From Trichodelitschia bisporula (lineage: Eukaryota): a stretch of 64,000 nucleotides of DNA. Made by a program: the position numbers and the translations under genes. Position 1 is the first letter of the stretch. Every line of letters starts with the position of its first letter. Below, piece by piece: positions 50,353 through 62,008 of this stretch. The DNA is taken from the NCBI GenBank assembly GCA_010356995.1, contig ML996689.1, positions 452,691 through 516,690 on the forward strand, written 5' to 3'. Below the pieces are notes generated by a model. That model worked only from the letters and a program-made list of their open reading frames with translations, did not search any database and had not been told where the DNA came from.

Positions 50353-51778
50353 GCAACCGTGGGATTGGACACGATGGCGGATGACTCTGCACGACGCATG
50401 ACTGGACGGTACGCCTCGGCTCTACTCGACACTCGATGCGACTCTTTTTACATTTTGGTTGTTCGGCTTCGTTTTGCTCGGGGGACGTGGACGATCGGGC
50501 GGGTGGCTGACAGTCTCTTCGCGCGCCTGTTCGATCTCAACTTCAGCGCCGGGCATGGACCCGCGAAAGCCTTGGACTGAGCACTGTCTCGATCGCGCAC
50601 TCGAGCTTCATGAGGGATATTTACGCATCTCGATTTTTGGCGCGCGCATTCATCTTATGCAGCAGGTTCGGGAAAAGTGTGCCCATGAGGCAAGGAATCA
50701 GCGGAGAACGGAAAAACTGGCGCTCGGCAGCGGATCTACGAGCATGGAAACGGATTTACTTCACGGTCATCGTCATCATCGTCATCATCATCGCCTGCGT
50801 TGACTCGCTTTCTCGTTTTCTATCTCGATATCATTTCCGCGACTTCTTTTCTCATGTTGCTCGCACCTTTATTTTTTGGCCTGCGTTTTCTTGAGGGGGA
50901 CAGCGATGGTGCAAGGAGTGATTGGGTATTATTCCTATATTCTTTTAACCTGCCGTGCTTGTGGGATCGGGGATCATATTTACGGCTCGGGAGCGCAACA
51001 GAGGATTTTTGGCCATGTACGGGACGGGACGGGATGGGAATCATGAGTACCGGGTTCAGAGATTGGAGCAGGGGATACCAACGGGGACATGGATCGAGAG
51101 GGCTCGGGGGCGGAAGCGTAACTCAGAGGTCCGGGGCCGGGAGGGGGGCGTTATTCTTAGATGAGTGTTTCACGTCTGCGCGGGGGAGCGGGATATCCTT
51201 TCCATTTCGTCCATCAATCCGGCTTTTTCTCCATTGCGGCTCTGCTTTTTCACGCTTCTGGTTTTGAGTGTCCCGAGTTGGACAAGCCTTTTCGGAATTT
51301 CTTTCTCCTTCGCCTGGTTCACGGATCGGCGCAGGGAATCTTGTAAACAACCCTCCTCCTCCTCCCCCCCACCCCCCCCCCCCCCCCCCCCCCCACCATC
51401 CGGCGCGACGGCCGCTCCCGCGCGCTATGTAGAAGACTGCGCTGTACGCGCATACCTGATATCTTGTGAAGTCGTGTATTCGTGAATCTTGTGAGATGGT
51501 GTGTTCCGTACTCCCCCGCTGTCCGCGCCGCAGCCCGCTCCAGGGTGTACGGTAGCCGCGCCATAGGCGTGCGCCCACCGCCTTGCGGCGTAGCAGCGCG
51601 CCTAATCCAGTGCTAGGATCGCGAGTCATGGTCGAGGCACTTAGGTAAAGATGAAGACTTACACATCGCCGGCGGCGGGGTACGTACCTTCCCCGCTCTC
51701 TCCCGCTCCTCCCCAGCCACCGAAAGCACCAGGCCCCGCCATCGCCAAGCCACCCGAAACATATCCTAGGCGTGGAAG

Positions 51779-51902
51779 GAGCGAGCTGGAGAGCGGGGAA
51801 GGAGCAAGCTGGACAGCGGGGAAAGGGCAAGCTGGACAGCGGGGAAAGAGCAAGCTGGAGAGCGGGGGAAGAGCAAGCTGGAGAGTGGGGAAAAGAGCGA
51901 GC
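51779..51902. repeat. ~19-20-bp minisatellite (GAGCAAGCTGGASAGCGGGGAA-like, ~6 units)
   Basis: Directly visible tandem units. Confidence 0.85.
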
Positions 51903-54175
51903 CTTGGGGGCAGCGGAAGCGAAAGGCTTGGGAATTCAGACAACCCCGGCTACGTCTACTTGTTCGCAACAGCACCACGCAGCGGGCGTTGGGTTGCGAC
52001 GCGTGCTCTGTGTCACGCTGGCATTGCACCGCCGGTGCCCTGTCCGAGCTGCGGGCGTGCCTGGCAACGTGGTGAGCGGGAGTGGTACGAGCTTGAGGGG
52101 GCGAATGCGCGCGTGGCCTTCGTGCGACGGTGGGCGCGGGTGAATACGGTCGGTTGTGCCCGATGGGAGTGGTGTGACGCGGGCGTGGTCGGGAGGGGCT
52201 GGAGGAGGGGTTGGAGGAGGGGTTGGAGGAGGGGTTGGAGGGGGCCGCTTTTTAGGCGGGGTAGTGCTGGGCTCGGGTGGTGATGACCAGGCGGCTTGGG
52301 CATTGGGCAGGCAGGCGATCGGTCAGCGGAGGAGGGGGCGAGGAATTGGCGGGGCTGGACCGCAGGTCGTCAGTGGGAAGCGGAGGGAGGGTGAGAAGGG
52401 CTGCTCATACGCTGGGCGACGGGGGCACTTGCCTGTTTGGGAGGGACGGGCGTGCCGGTCGATAGCCGAGATGGCGAGAATGGGGCAGAGAGTTCGGTTA
52501 GGGCGTGAATGGGATGGGTCTGGCGCGGGCTTCGTGGTGAGGTTTGTATGGATGCGCGACTCCGGTGCAAGGTGAGGTGTGCGGGCCGGGTTTGTGGTTT
52601 TTTTTTTTTGGCGGAGGAGGAAGAGGCCCTGGGTTATGCACTGAGGGCCGGGTCGAAGCGTGACGTCGTGCGACGATGGCGGCCGGACATGTGATTCTGA
52701 GGCCTGGGGGCTGCATGGCTGGAAGCTCTTGGTATGGCGGCCCAATGGAGCAGTCCGGAGCGAATTGCGAGGCGGAAGAAGTACTGGTGAAGTTCAGCGC
52801 CGTCTGCGTTACCACAAAATCTTGCGCCAATAGATCTAGCCACAGTGGTGGTACATGTAGGGCTGAGATGCGGGACGGTCCGAAGTGGCATGACTTGCGC
52901 ATGAGACATCAACCCCAGGGAACCGCGGGATGAACGGCGAAGATGGCAAAGGGATAAACATCCCCCCATACCCTTCGCTCCTGATGCAAATCAGCAATGT
53001 GAATGTTAAACGGATGCCGCTTGGCGTGAACGCCATGAGAGACGGGATATACTACCCATAACGGTGCAAATCGGACGTCCCTTCGAAGATACATGTAGTG
53101 ACAAGTCGCAGGACTATATCAGATGCAACGATACATCTCCCTTGACGTGCTGAAGAAGGTCGCCCGCCTGTTTTGCAGTCGAGGGACGTCAAATTAGCGT
53201 GGCCGAGCTTCTGGGCGGCATCGGCTGCGCTAGTCTTTCGGCCCGATTGCCGTCTCGTGGCAGATTGGGCCCAACTCCCGCCACACCGCCGCCATTCACT
53301 CCACTTTCCACGCATGATACCTAACCCACCTCAGACACAGCCCTGTCTCGTTGTGGCTTGGTTAGTATCCCCACTTGCCGCCGTAGCCGCCCGCTTACTG
53401 CGGAGAAAAGCTTATCGTCAAGTCTCCTTTTTCCCTTTATCCCTTCATGCCCGCGTTCACTCCGGGGAGCCTGTTGACTGCGGAGAGCAAAAATGCCGCA
53501 TCTTCTTGCCTTCTGAACCATGCAGCGCGGTCTTTTCTCCTTCTTGAGCGGCACCACCGAACTGGAGGGACGCCGCTGGGCCTGGGAGGCCGCAGTGTCC
53601 GGAGGAGAATTCCTGCTCATATCACGGAACAGCCATGGGGAATCCCGGAGATGGTGGATTTTATGAGTGGATTGGCCCAAAATCAAGCTTACATCCGACA
53701 AGTGGTGATGTCTTGGCCCTGAGTTTCAGGTCGTGACGTCCGATCAACCTCTGGTCATCATTTGCAGCTCAACACACCTAGCCAGAGGGGCCAGGCACGG
53801 GAGTGGATGGACAGCTGGACTGCCTCCAGAAGGAGAGCTTGAAGTTTGCTGAAGGCAGAACCTTATCTACGGCTGGCTGACTGTCTAGCCCAGAAACCAA
53901 TGAGTCGGGGATCGACCAACCCATCTTGGGACGGAACCACGGACTTGCTACCATATCCTCTCTTCCGACATACCTTAGCAATCTCTACCGCCTATTTACA
54001 ACGCTTCGGTCCAAAGGCGACCATGGTGCAACAATATCGCGTCTGCTCATTCTAGCGGCTCCTGCTTACCGTACTTGCTGGTGTGGCAGCTGGTTTGTGC
54101 ATGGTTATTCGAAGGCCCCCATATATTGACCGCGGCCGCAATTTCTATCCATCAATTTTGGTAGAGAGATCCCTC

Positions 54176-54245
54176 AACTACATGGCCTAGTGGGACGCCT
54201 GCTGGGTTCATGCCCGGAAAGTCAGGGGTTCGATTCGCAAAAATC
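54176..54245 (+). pseudogene. Degenerate tRNA-Met-like sequence (pseudogene or SINE head)
   Basis: A box TGGCCTAGTGG, anticodon arm CTGGG-TTCATG-CCCGG (6-nt loop), B box GGTTCGATTC; no acceptor stem. Confidence 0.55.
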
Positions 54246-54906
54246 CCACTTTGGGGGGGTTTTCGTAGCCTCCCGGGAGGTGAGCCTTTTGCTATTTTGA
54301 AGGTTGTAGGCCTTCTGTGGAGCTTTTGCATTGCCTATTTTGTTCATGCTAGTGGTGGTTGGGATGGAAGACTGATAACACTGTCTTCGTTTTGCCGCCT
54401 CATATCCCATCCCAACGCCTGTTCGAGCAAACCGTGGGAGCTGCCAGTGGAATCATACACCCTGAGCATGATCTGATCCCGCTCCCAACTTGTCAACACC
54501 AAACATGCCCCACTGGAGAACTCAACGCCCCAAATCCCGCACCGAAACCGCCTCTCGCCGGAGCGTCCAAGCCAAATCCCGCACCTCCGGCGAAACCCCG
54601 TTCGCCAACCATACCGGTACCCACCAGCCCATCTCCTCCATCCCTTCCCTCAACCACCACCCTTCCCTCTCCCCCTTAGCGCCCCGCACTGCTCCCGCCT
54701 TCATCACCACGGCTTCATGCTCAACACCGCCCCTCATCTCTGCAGCTCCCCCCGCCCCCGTGGCCGATGTTGCGGTACACTCCACGGCACCCGCATTCGT
54801 GTGATGAGCGCACTCGCACAGCGTCTGAGCACGAGGGTGGAGGCCTTGATTGGACGAGCAGGCCTTCCCTTTGTTGTGCATCATCAACTATTTTGCAAAG
54901 TCTAGC

Positions 54907-54923
54907 ACATACGGCCATAGGTC
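54907..54923 (+). rRNA. 5S rRNA gene, 5' fragment (nt 1-17), split by insertion
   Basis: ACATACGGCCATAGGTC matches the Pezizomycotina 5S 5' end and completes helices I and II with the 3' fragment at 60441-60541. Confidence 0.8.
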
Positions 54924-57900
54924 GCAGACATATACCTGTGTCCGCGGGAAAATAGCCGCCAAATCCGGCGGTTTGTAACGGCGTTTCTGGCGTCAGATTT
55001 CCCCAATGCAGGCTTCCAAGAAATCGGGCGCTTAGAGTGTTCAGTATCCCTGTTGATGGCTAACAAATTCCAGCGGACGAATTATATGAATTAGAAAATC
55101 TAAAAAGCGGCTTACCTCGCATCGAGAATCAGCCCTCCGCCACTTTTTCTAGCTCCCGCCTCGTGCCCCTCTTGGGTCTCTCCATCGCCGCCGCCTCAAT
55201 GCGTCCTCCCGCATGCCGTTTTTTTGTCCGCCCGCCCAGGTGATTTCCGATAGCCCATCTGACGAGGGGAGAGCTGGGCGCGGTTTATTCGCAAAGGAAG
55301 AGGTAGTAGAATGGGGTACTTGCGAGGCCGGTAATGCGATGGATACGACCACGCGGGGCCGCTTGATGGACGGGAGGAGCCGCTAGGCTAGTTCGAGGGG
55401 AAGCTAGGCGCTGTCTATCACTTCAACCTTTTGCCATTATTAGTCTGTTGACGACAAGCTGTGGAGTTGTGGATGGACAATCGTTTCTCCTCGATGGGGA
55501 TGATGCCTTTCCTTCACAGTTGGAATGGCCGCACGCTCCCGCGGGCTCAATTGTTCCACGGTACTGTATGTTTCTCGAGTCCCGCGCTGACGACACGATA
55601 CAACATGACTGAGACGATGTCGTCTGCTCAACTCCAATCGAGCCTTCAATCCAGCACCAGGACGCTTGCTAACACCCATCTCACACATTATCCGGCCACC
55701 TCTTCCACAGAATCAACTACGTATCTCCTCCATCAGAACAGTCTGTATGCCCCCTCTGTCCCTCACTGCGCTGCCAAACTCCCGCCCAAAACCATGACCG
55801 CCACTCCGGCATCCTCCCGAGCCCGTTTATGCTTGAGCCCTGGTCAGTCTCGATATCCCGTACAGCATCTACGACGCGGGCATAGACGACGCAAGCAGCG
55901 TAGGCGGTGCACATGGATGAACAACCGGGTATCTCCTCCAGCGAAGTCTTCGTCTATGAACTGATCAGTTGGAAGGAGAACTTGATGCCCCGTGGCATGT
56001 GGCTGTGTCTCCTCCAATCTCGTCCTCCCCTCCGCGCCCGACAGCTCACAGCCTCATTCTTGGCATTCTGCCCCGCAGGTGATCTCAGCTGGAAGCCCCA
56101 AAGCCTCGCCTTCAACCTCGAGTTGCACTCCTGCATTTTCACAAGTCCGCAATTTCTTGACTAGAATCATTATTTCCAAAATGCCACCTGCAAAGCGGGT
56201 CCAGACACGGGGCCACTTCTGTGCCTCTTCCGGCCTTTCACCACCTTCCTCACCTGTTGCTGGCGAGACCACCACGCCTGCCCCCATTAGCAGTGTCGGC
56301 TAGACATCATCTTTACCACTTGCCCCTCAGAGAGCCACCAACAGTGGACCAACCCGCCGACTTCGTCATGAAGACTACACAATAAGATGGATATGCGCTC
56401 TCCCGATGGAACTTGCGGCAGCTCAAGAGATGCTAGATGAGGAACATCAGAGTCTCCCTCAGAATGCGGCTGATTCCAACGTCTATGTGCTTGGCCGCCT
56501 CGGTGGACACAATGTCGTAATTGCGTGCCTACCCGTAGGCCAAATGGGAACCAATGCGGCAGCCTCGGTTGCTGCCCAGATGCAGTTGACATTCAACTCT
56601 GTCCGGCTCGGCCTGATGGTGGGCATCGGAGGTGGTGTGCCAAGTACAGCTGATGTACGGCTTGGGGATGTCGTCGTCAGTCAACCGTTCAAGGATCACG
56701 GCGGAGTAGTGCAGTACGACTTCGGCAAGACGACATCAGACAAGTTTGAACGGACTGGATCCCTCAATTCTCCCCCGCAGGTCTTCCTGAAGGCGATGGC
56801 AAGCCTAAAGGCCAATAACCTCCGAGAGAGAGTCGGGTTCTTACACTCTCTTTTGAAGCTCGCCCAGTACCCAAGATTTGCACGGGACAAAGCCGGGCCA
56901 GATGATTTATACCACGATACCTACAATCATGAGGGAGGACCTGACGACTGCCAGAAGTGCCGGAAAGAGTACGTGGTACGACGCCAGCCGCGCGGCGAGG
57001 ATGTTGTTGTCCATTACGGAACCATAGCCTCCGGGAACCAAGTCATGCGGGATGCGACGATAAGAGACAAACTCAGCACGGAGCTTGGAGGCGTACTCTG
57101 CTTTGAGATGGAGGCAGCGGGGCTCATGAACAGTTTTCCGTGCCTTGTTGTGCGGGGAATATGCGACTACTTGGACTCGCATAAGAGCAAGAGCTGGCAG
57201 CCGTACGCGGCGGGGACGGCGGCAGCGTACGCTAAAGAGCTTGTGTTGTTGGTTCCGCCGGCCAAAGTCGAGACACCAGAAGATCCACCCGCGCCGGCAA
57301 TGCTCCTAAACTTGCCCAGGGCCGCAGACACACCATCGAAGCCACACGAGCGGAAAAAAGCGCCTTGCCTGATTGGTACCCGGGTCGAACTTCTCAGAGA
57401 GATCTACGCCTGGGCTTACGGGGAGAACTCGCCAAATATTTTTTGGTTAAGTGGTTTAGCTGGTACCGGCAAGTCCACTGTGGCTCAAACTGTGGCCGCC
57501 GAATGTTTTCAGAAGGGAAGGCTTGGAGCCAGCTTCTTCTTCTCGCGAAGTGGCGCAGATGTCCGGCATGCCGGCAAGTTCGTGACAAGCATCGCAGCGC
57601 AACTTGCAGACAACGTGCCGGGGGCAAAGCGGTCTCTCTACGAAGCACTGAAGGAGCGAGATACCATTACTGAAGAACCTATCCGCAGTCAGTGGCATCA
57701 TCTCATCCTCGGTCCCATGTCGAAGCTCGAAGGCGACACCTCTGCTCCGTACATCCTGGTAATCGATGCCCTTGACGAATGCGAGGGCGAGGACGACATA
57801 TGGGAAATTCTGGATCTCTTTCGGTGGCTGAAGAAAACCCGGCTCCGGCTGTTTTTAACGAGTAGACCTGAAGTGCCAATCCGGTCTCCTTTGTCCGGAA

Positions 57901-60440
57901 TGCCAACAAGCGAGCACTTGGACTTTTTGCTCCACAGCATTGAGAAGTCGACTGTTGACAACGATATCCGCTTCTTCCTACGGCACGAGTTCGAAGGTCT
58001 AGCCCGGGGACGCTCTTTTGGGAAAGATTGGCCAGGTGAGCAAGTCATCGACTCTCTTGTCCGGAATGCCAGTGGCCTGTTCATCTGGGCTGAAACCGCA
58101 TGCCGCTTTGTTCGACAAGGAAAAGCATTCGCTCCCGAGAAACTAAGCTTGATCCTCGACCGAAGCCATAGTACTGTGAAAGCGCCAGAGAAGCATCTCG
58201 ACGAGATCTACGCGACTGTTCTTCGCCAATCCTTTACCGACTATGAAGACGATGATGCAGAAAAGCTGCGATCCACATTGAAGGAACTGCTTGGAAGCAT
58301 CGTGATCCTGTTTGATCCGCTTTCCATCCGGTCCTTGAGCAAGCTACTCGGCCAGAATATGGGTCGGGCACTGGATGATCTTCACGCCATTTTGGACATT
58401 CCAAAGGAATCAGGTGACGCACTCCGTTTACATCACCCTTCGTTTCGTGACTTCCTTCTCAATCCAGGGAGAAGCGGGAAAACAGGTATCTGGGTTGATG
58501 AAGAGGAGGCGCATCGAGCCCTTGCCACGAAATGCATACTGGTCATGTCTGACTTCCTTACGCAGGACATGCTTGGAATAGGTCGGCCTGGAGTACTCAA
58601 GACCGAGGTCGACAGTCATGAGGTTGAAGGCTCCCTCCATCCTGAGAAGCAGTATGCATGCCTCTACTGGATACAGCATCTTCATAAGAGTGGATCTCAG
58701 CTCAACGATGACGGTAAAGTTCATCAGTTCCTGAAGAAGCATCTCCTTCATTGGCTTGGGGCGCTTGGATGGATGCAGAAGGTTTCCGAAGGGTTCCATG
58801 CCATCGTGTCTTTGGAGTCCATGATTTCGGTAAGCTGGACGTAAAGCAGAATGGGGATACTTGGCTGATACTTGGCTCAGGCGCAGAGGTGTCCCCGACT
58901 GTCGGGGTTTGTTCATGACATGAAACGATTTGTCCTCTACAACCGGTCAGCCATCGAACTAGCTCCCTTGCAGACATATTGCAGTGCGCTGGTATTTTCC
59001 CCGGCAGCAAGTCTTGTAAAAAGGCAGTTTCAAAGCCAAAAACATCTGTGGATGCCCCGACTACCGCAGGTTAGGGACAACTGGGATGCCTTGCTGGATA
59101 CGCTCGAGGGCCATTCGGATTCGGTCAGGGCCGTGGCCTTTTCGCCGGACGGCAAGCAGCTGGTGTCGGCATCGGATGACGGGACGGTCAGGCTGTGGGA
59201 CGCCGGCTCGGGAAAGGCGCTGCAGACGCAAGCAGTTGCCAGGTTCCGGATCGGATCCTCCACGTTTCAGAATTGTCGGGGAATGGATGACCATAGGTGC
59301 GGAAAAATGTCTTTGGCTTCCAGTCGAGTATCGCAATCCGCTACATGTCGCTGTTCACGGAAGCAAGGTTGGCTTGGGGTATTCGTCTGGTCGAGTACTG
59401 TGCAATTTCTCTTAACCGCCTCCCCACCCACCTCCGTTGCGGTCTTAGCCCTTTATACCTCTTTGAGAGTGAAAGTGGCAAAGGATTACAAATGGGAATG
59501 GTACGGCTTTGAAATCAAGCACTCCATTAGCAGATGGTAACAGTGGCGTACAAAAATGTCGCCAGATCAGTGAAGTAATGGCTTCAATGCAATGGGTATC
59601 TGGAAACATCTGGAATTAACCATTCCTTCAGTCCACAGAGAAGGTATGATGGAATGTAGTGGCTGTGTTCAATGTTTTCCACTCCCAGTTCTTGCGTCGA
59701 GCAGAGCGTTGATGAAGACGGGACCAGGCCCTAGCACAACCTGGTCAAAGCCAGAAAAGGGAGACAGTTGCGTACACCATGTCCTCTCAATAGCCTCCAT
59801 TGATAAAGACCTGAAGCTGTATTAGGATGCTAGGCGGATAATCCTATGTTTGTCATCTGAGACCCTACACAGAGAGCCCGATTCTTGAGCGCCACCAACT
59901 CCACCCGCGCCATCAACTTCACCCGTGTCACCAACCCACTCGCCACCTGCGCCACTGCCTCAGCTCGTCTTCCCTTCCCTCACCACGGTACAACTCCACA
60001 CTTAGCCCCCTAGCCACCCCACTCGGAGAATCGGAGTGCGGGGTAGTGTTGCCTGAGTCACGTTGGGGCCGAGCTGACACTGCGAAGACGGAATATGGGT
60101 CCTAACAGGCGCCCCCGCTTAATTGAGATATGACCCTTCCGATACTCATGATACTTCGCTTGCAGGTCCAACCGGGCCGGTTCTGGAGAGGGGAGCCCGG
60201 CGACAGGCCGAAGACGGGGCGATTTAAGGGAGGCGCTGTGGTTCAATGCGGAGGGCAGGACGAGCACAAGTTACTGCCCATCTAAAATCACTTAGCGCGT
60301 CAGTAATTTCCAATTGAAGGAAATCTGGTGCTGGATTTAGCGGCAAGACGGACGAAAGTATTGGCTAGCAAGGATGACAATGCATAGGTTAGTCCAGATT
60401 GGGCACTTTTCTAATTGAGCTTAGGATACGGACACAAGTC
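54924..60440 (+). mobile_element. Captain-less (non-autonomous/derelict) Starship-like element inserted in 5S rDNA, carrying an NLR gene
   Basis: Bounded by the two halves of a 5S gene, with a GTC direct repeat at both junctions. Inverted motifs ACCTGTGTCCG (54934-54944) and CGGACACAAGT (60429-60439). Left end is homologous to that of the captain-bearing element at 60894. Confidence 0.78.
56181..59415 (+). pseudogene. PNP_UDP phosphorylase-NACHT-WD40 NLR (HET-E-like), disrupted (intron 58830-58880)
   Basis: DYTIRWICALPMELAAA, GLMVGIGGG, CFEMEAAGL, RGICDY; Walker A GLAGTGKS; Walker B LVIDALDEC; HPSFRDFL; one WD40 repeat. In-frame TAG at 56301. The conserved tail (LWLPVEYR...GRV) is out of frame after ~59230. 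Confidence 0.88.
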
Positions 60441-60541
60441 AAAGAGAACATCAGCCCCAGTCTGCTCACTGAAGTTAAGCTTTGAACCGGTTGACTAGTA
60501 GTTGCGTAGGTGACCAGCAGCGAATCCCAACTGCTATATGT
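60441..60541 (+). rRNA. 5S rRNA gene, 3' fragment (nt 18-118, degenerate) followed by T-rich Pol III terminator
   Basis: AAAGAGAAC...GCTCACTGAAGTTAAGCTTTGAACCGG...TAGTAGTTGCGTAGGTGACCAGCAGCGAATCCCAACTGCTATATGT followed by TTTT. Confidence 0.88.
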
Positions 60542-60876
60542 TTTCTGTCTTTTTTACACCCCGGAAGCTTGCTGATCGGCTCGTTCAGCGGGAGGAGCTC
60601 CGAAGCTTAATGTAAGCCGACACTCTGGCCGAAGGACCAACCGAAAAAGTCATAGCTGTCCCGTCCGCAAAATCAGCCAGGCGAGGTGGCCATGATAATT
60701 TTTCAGGTGGCCCGTGAAGCTTTCTGCTCAGCCGGCTGATCGAGGGAGATGCTCCGCAGCTTAACGCATGTCCCCTATTCCAACCCAAGAACGCTCTCGC
60801 TCGGAGAGCTAACACTTCTTTTGACAATGATTTTGTTTTTTCGCTAGTTATTAGTTAACCGGCAAGACAGTCCACC

Positions 60877-60893
60877 ACATACGGCCATAGGTC
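60877..60893 (+). rRNA. Second 5S rRNA 5' fragment (nt 1-17), interrupted at the same position
   Basis: Identical ACATACGGCCATAGGTC; AT-rich TTATTAGTTAA about 25 nt upstream. Confidence 0.75.
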
Positions 60894-61164
60894 GGAGAAT
60901 GTATCTATGGTCGCGTCCCAATTTGGTAAAACTCTGAATTTGCACTGCCGTCATATATCCTTTGTCATTAGGCTTGGCGAATATCGTCCAATTAAAGTTG
61001 CCATTATTAAGCGCGCGACTACGTAAGGGAATTGTCGATTCTTCTTTTCAACTTCTCAAATTTCCAGGACGACGAATAAGGCGTCCTTAGATGCCTTCGG
61101 TAGGGGCGTTGTTAGATGGTCCTTAGGAGGGCTAGGAGGTAAACTAGTTAATGCTCTGACTTAA

Positions 61165-62008
61165 ATATCCCCGAAGACCACTGCAGGTTCAGAAGTCAAC
61201 CTGAGCCGAACCCACCATCAATGGAAAGAGTTCTGTGAAGCTGCACGAACCTCCGATATTCCTAATGGAGATGCACTTTTCAGTGACCCTGAAAAGTGTA
61301 TGGCGGAGGCTGACCCTGAGCTGGTTATGTTGTTCCTGAAATGGACTTTGGACACGCGAAAGGGAATCCGAAAAGAGATAACTATTAACGTCTACTATGA
61401 CCGGTGGCACGCCGCTCGAAGACAAATACCGCATCACCGAGTGTGGAGCCTTGAGGACAGGAGGCGTGTCAATTCAGTAAGAGACTCATCTTGATAAACT
61501 CGAAACTAATTTTGTATAGTTCATCTCTTTGGATCTAGCCTCTGAGCATGGACTCAGTAGAGAACGGCAGCCGAAGCCTGTCCTAAGCTTTGCCGATATG
61601 GCCATCCTTCTCAACCACCTTTGGAAATGGGACAGACTGCAGTATACCAACGAGACGTTACGAGTCCAAGTCACCTTGGTTATACTGATTTCGATGGCTA
61701 CGACAACAAGGCCAGCGGCATTGCTAGAGCCGGTGTACGCCAAACAAGGTCATGGGGAACTACCCAAAGTTCTTCGTTATGAGCATGTCAGGGTCTTCTT
61801 AGTCCGCGATTCCGAACGGATGAGACAGAAGCTGGTTCTGGAAATCAAATCTTGTCTTTCACAAAGGATACGAGCGAAATCCCAGATCGTAAGTAACTTC
61901 AGTTTGGCATTTGCATGCTAATAATCTTCTACAAGAACCGCCCACATTCTTACCGAGACAGTGGAGCTCATCTTTGATCCCACAATACCCCTGCTGTTTC
62001 TCGCATTC
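61165..62008 (+). pseudogene. DUF3435 tyrosine recombinase (Starship captain), degraded and truncated (introns 61477-61519, 61889-61936)
   Basis: W.EFC...LFLKW...HGLSRERQPKPVLSFADMAILLNHLWKWD...LRVQVTL...TTRPAALL...LRYEHVRVFLVR; +1 frameshift near 61848 to LVFHKGY; then ELIFDPTIPLLFLAF. Upstream TAA at 61162; cut by an LTR at 62009. Confidence 0.8.

Noticed and set aside
53447..54129. Possible degraded gene (MVDFMSGLAQNQAYIRQVV...)
   Set aside because: Short fragments with no recognisable motif or splice model.
60424..60541. Stand-alone intact 5S gene
   Set aside because: Its first 17 nt pair poorly in helices I and II, whereas the stub at 54907 pairs well; internal substitutions suggest decay.
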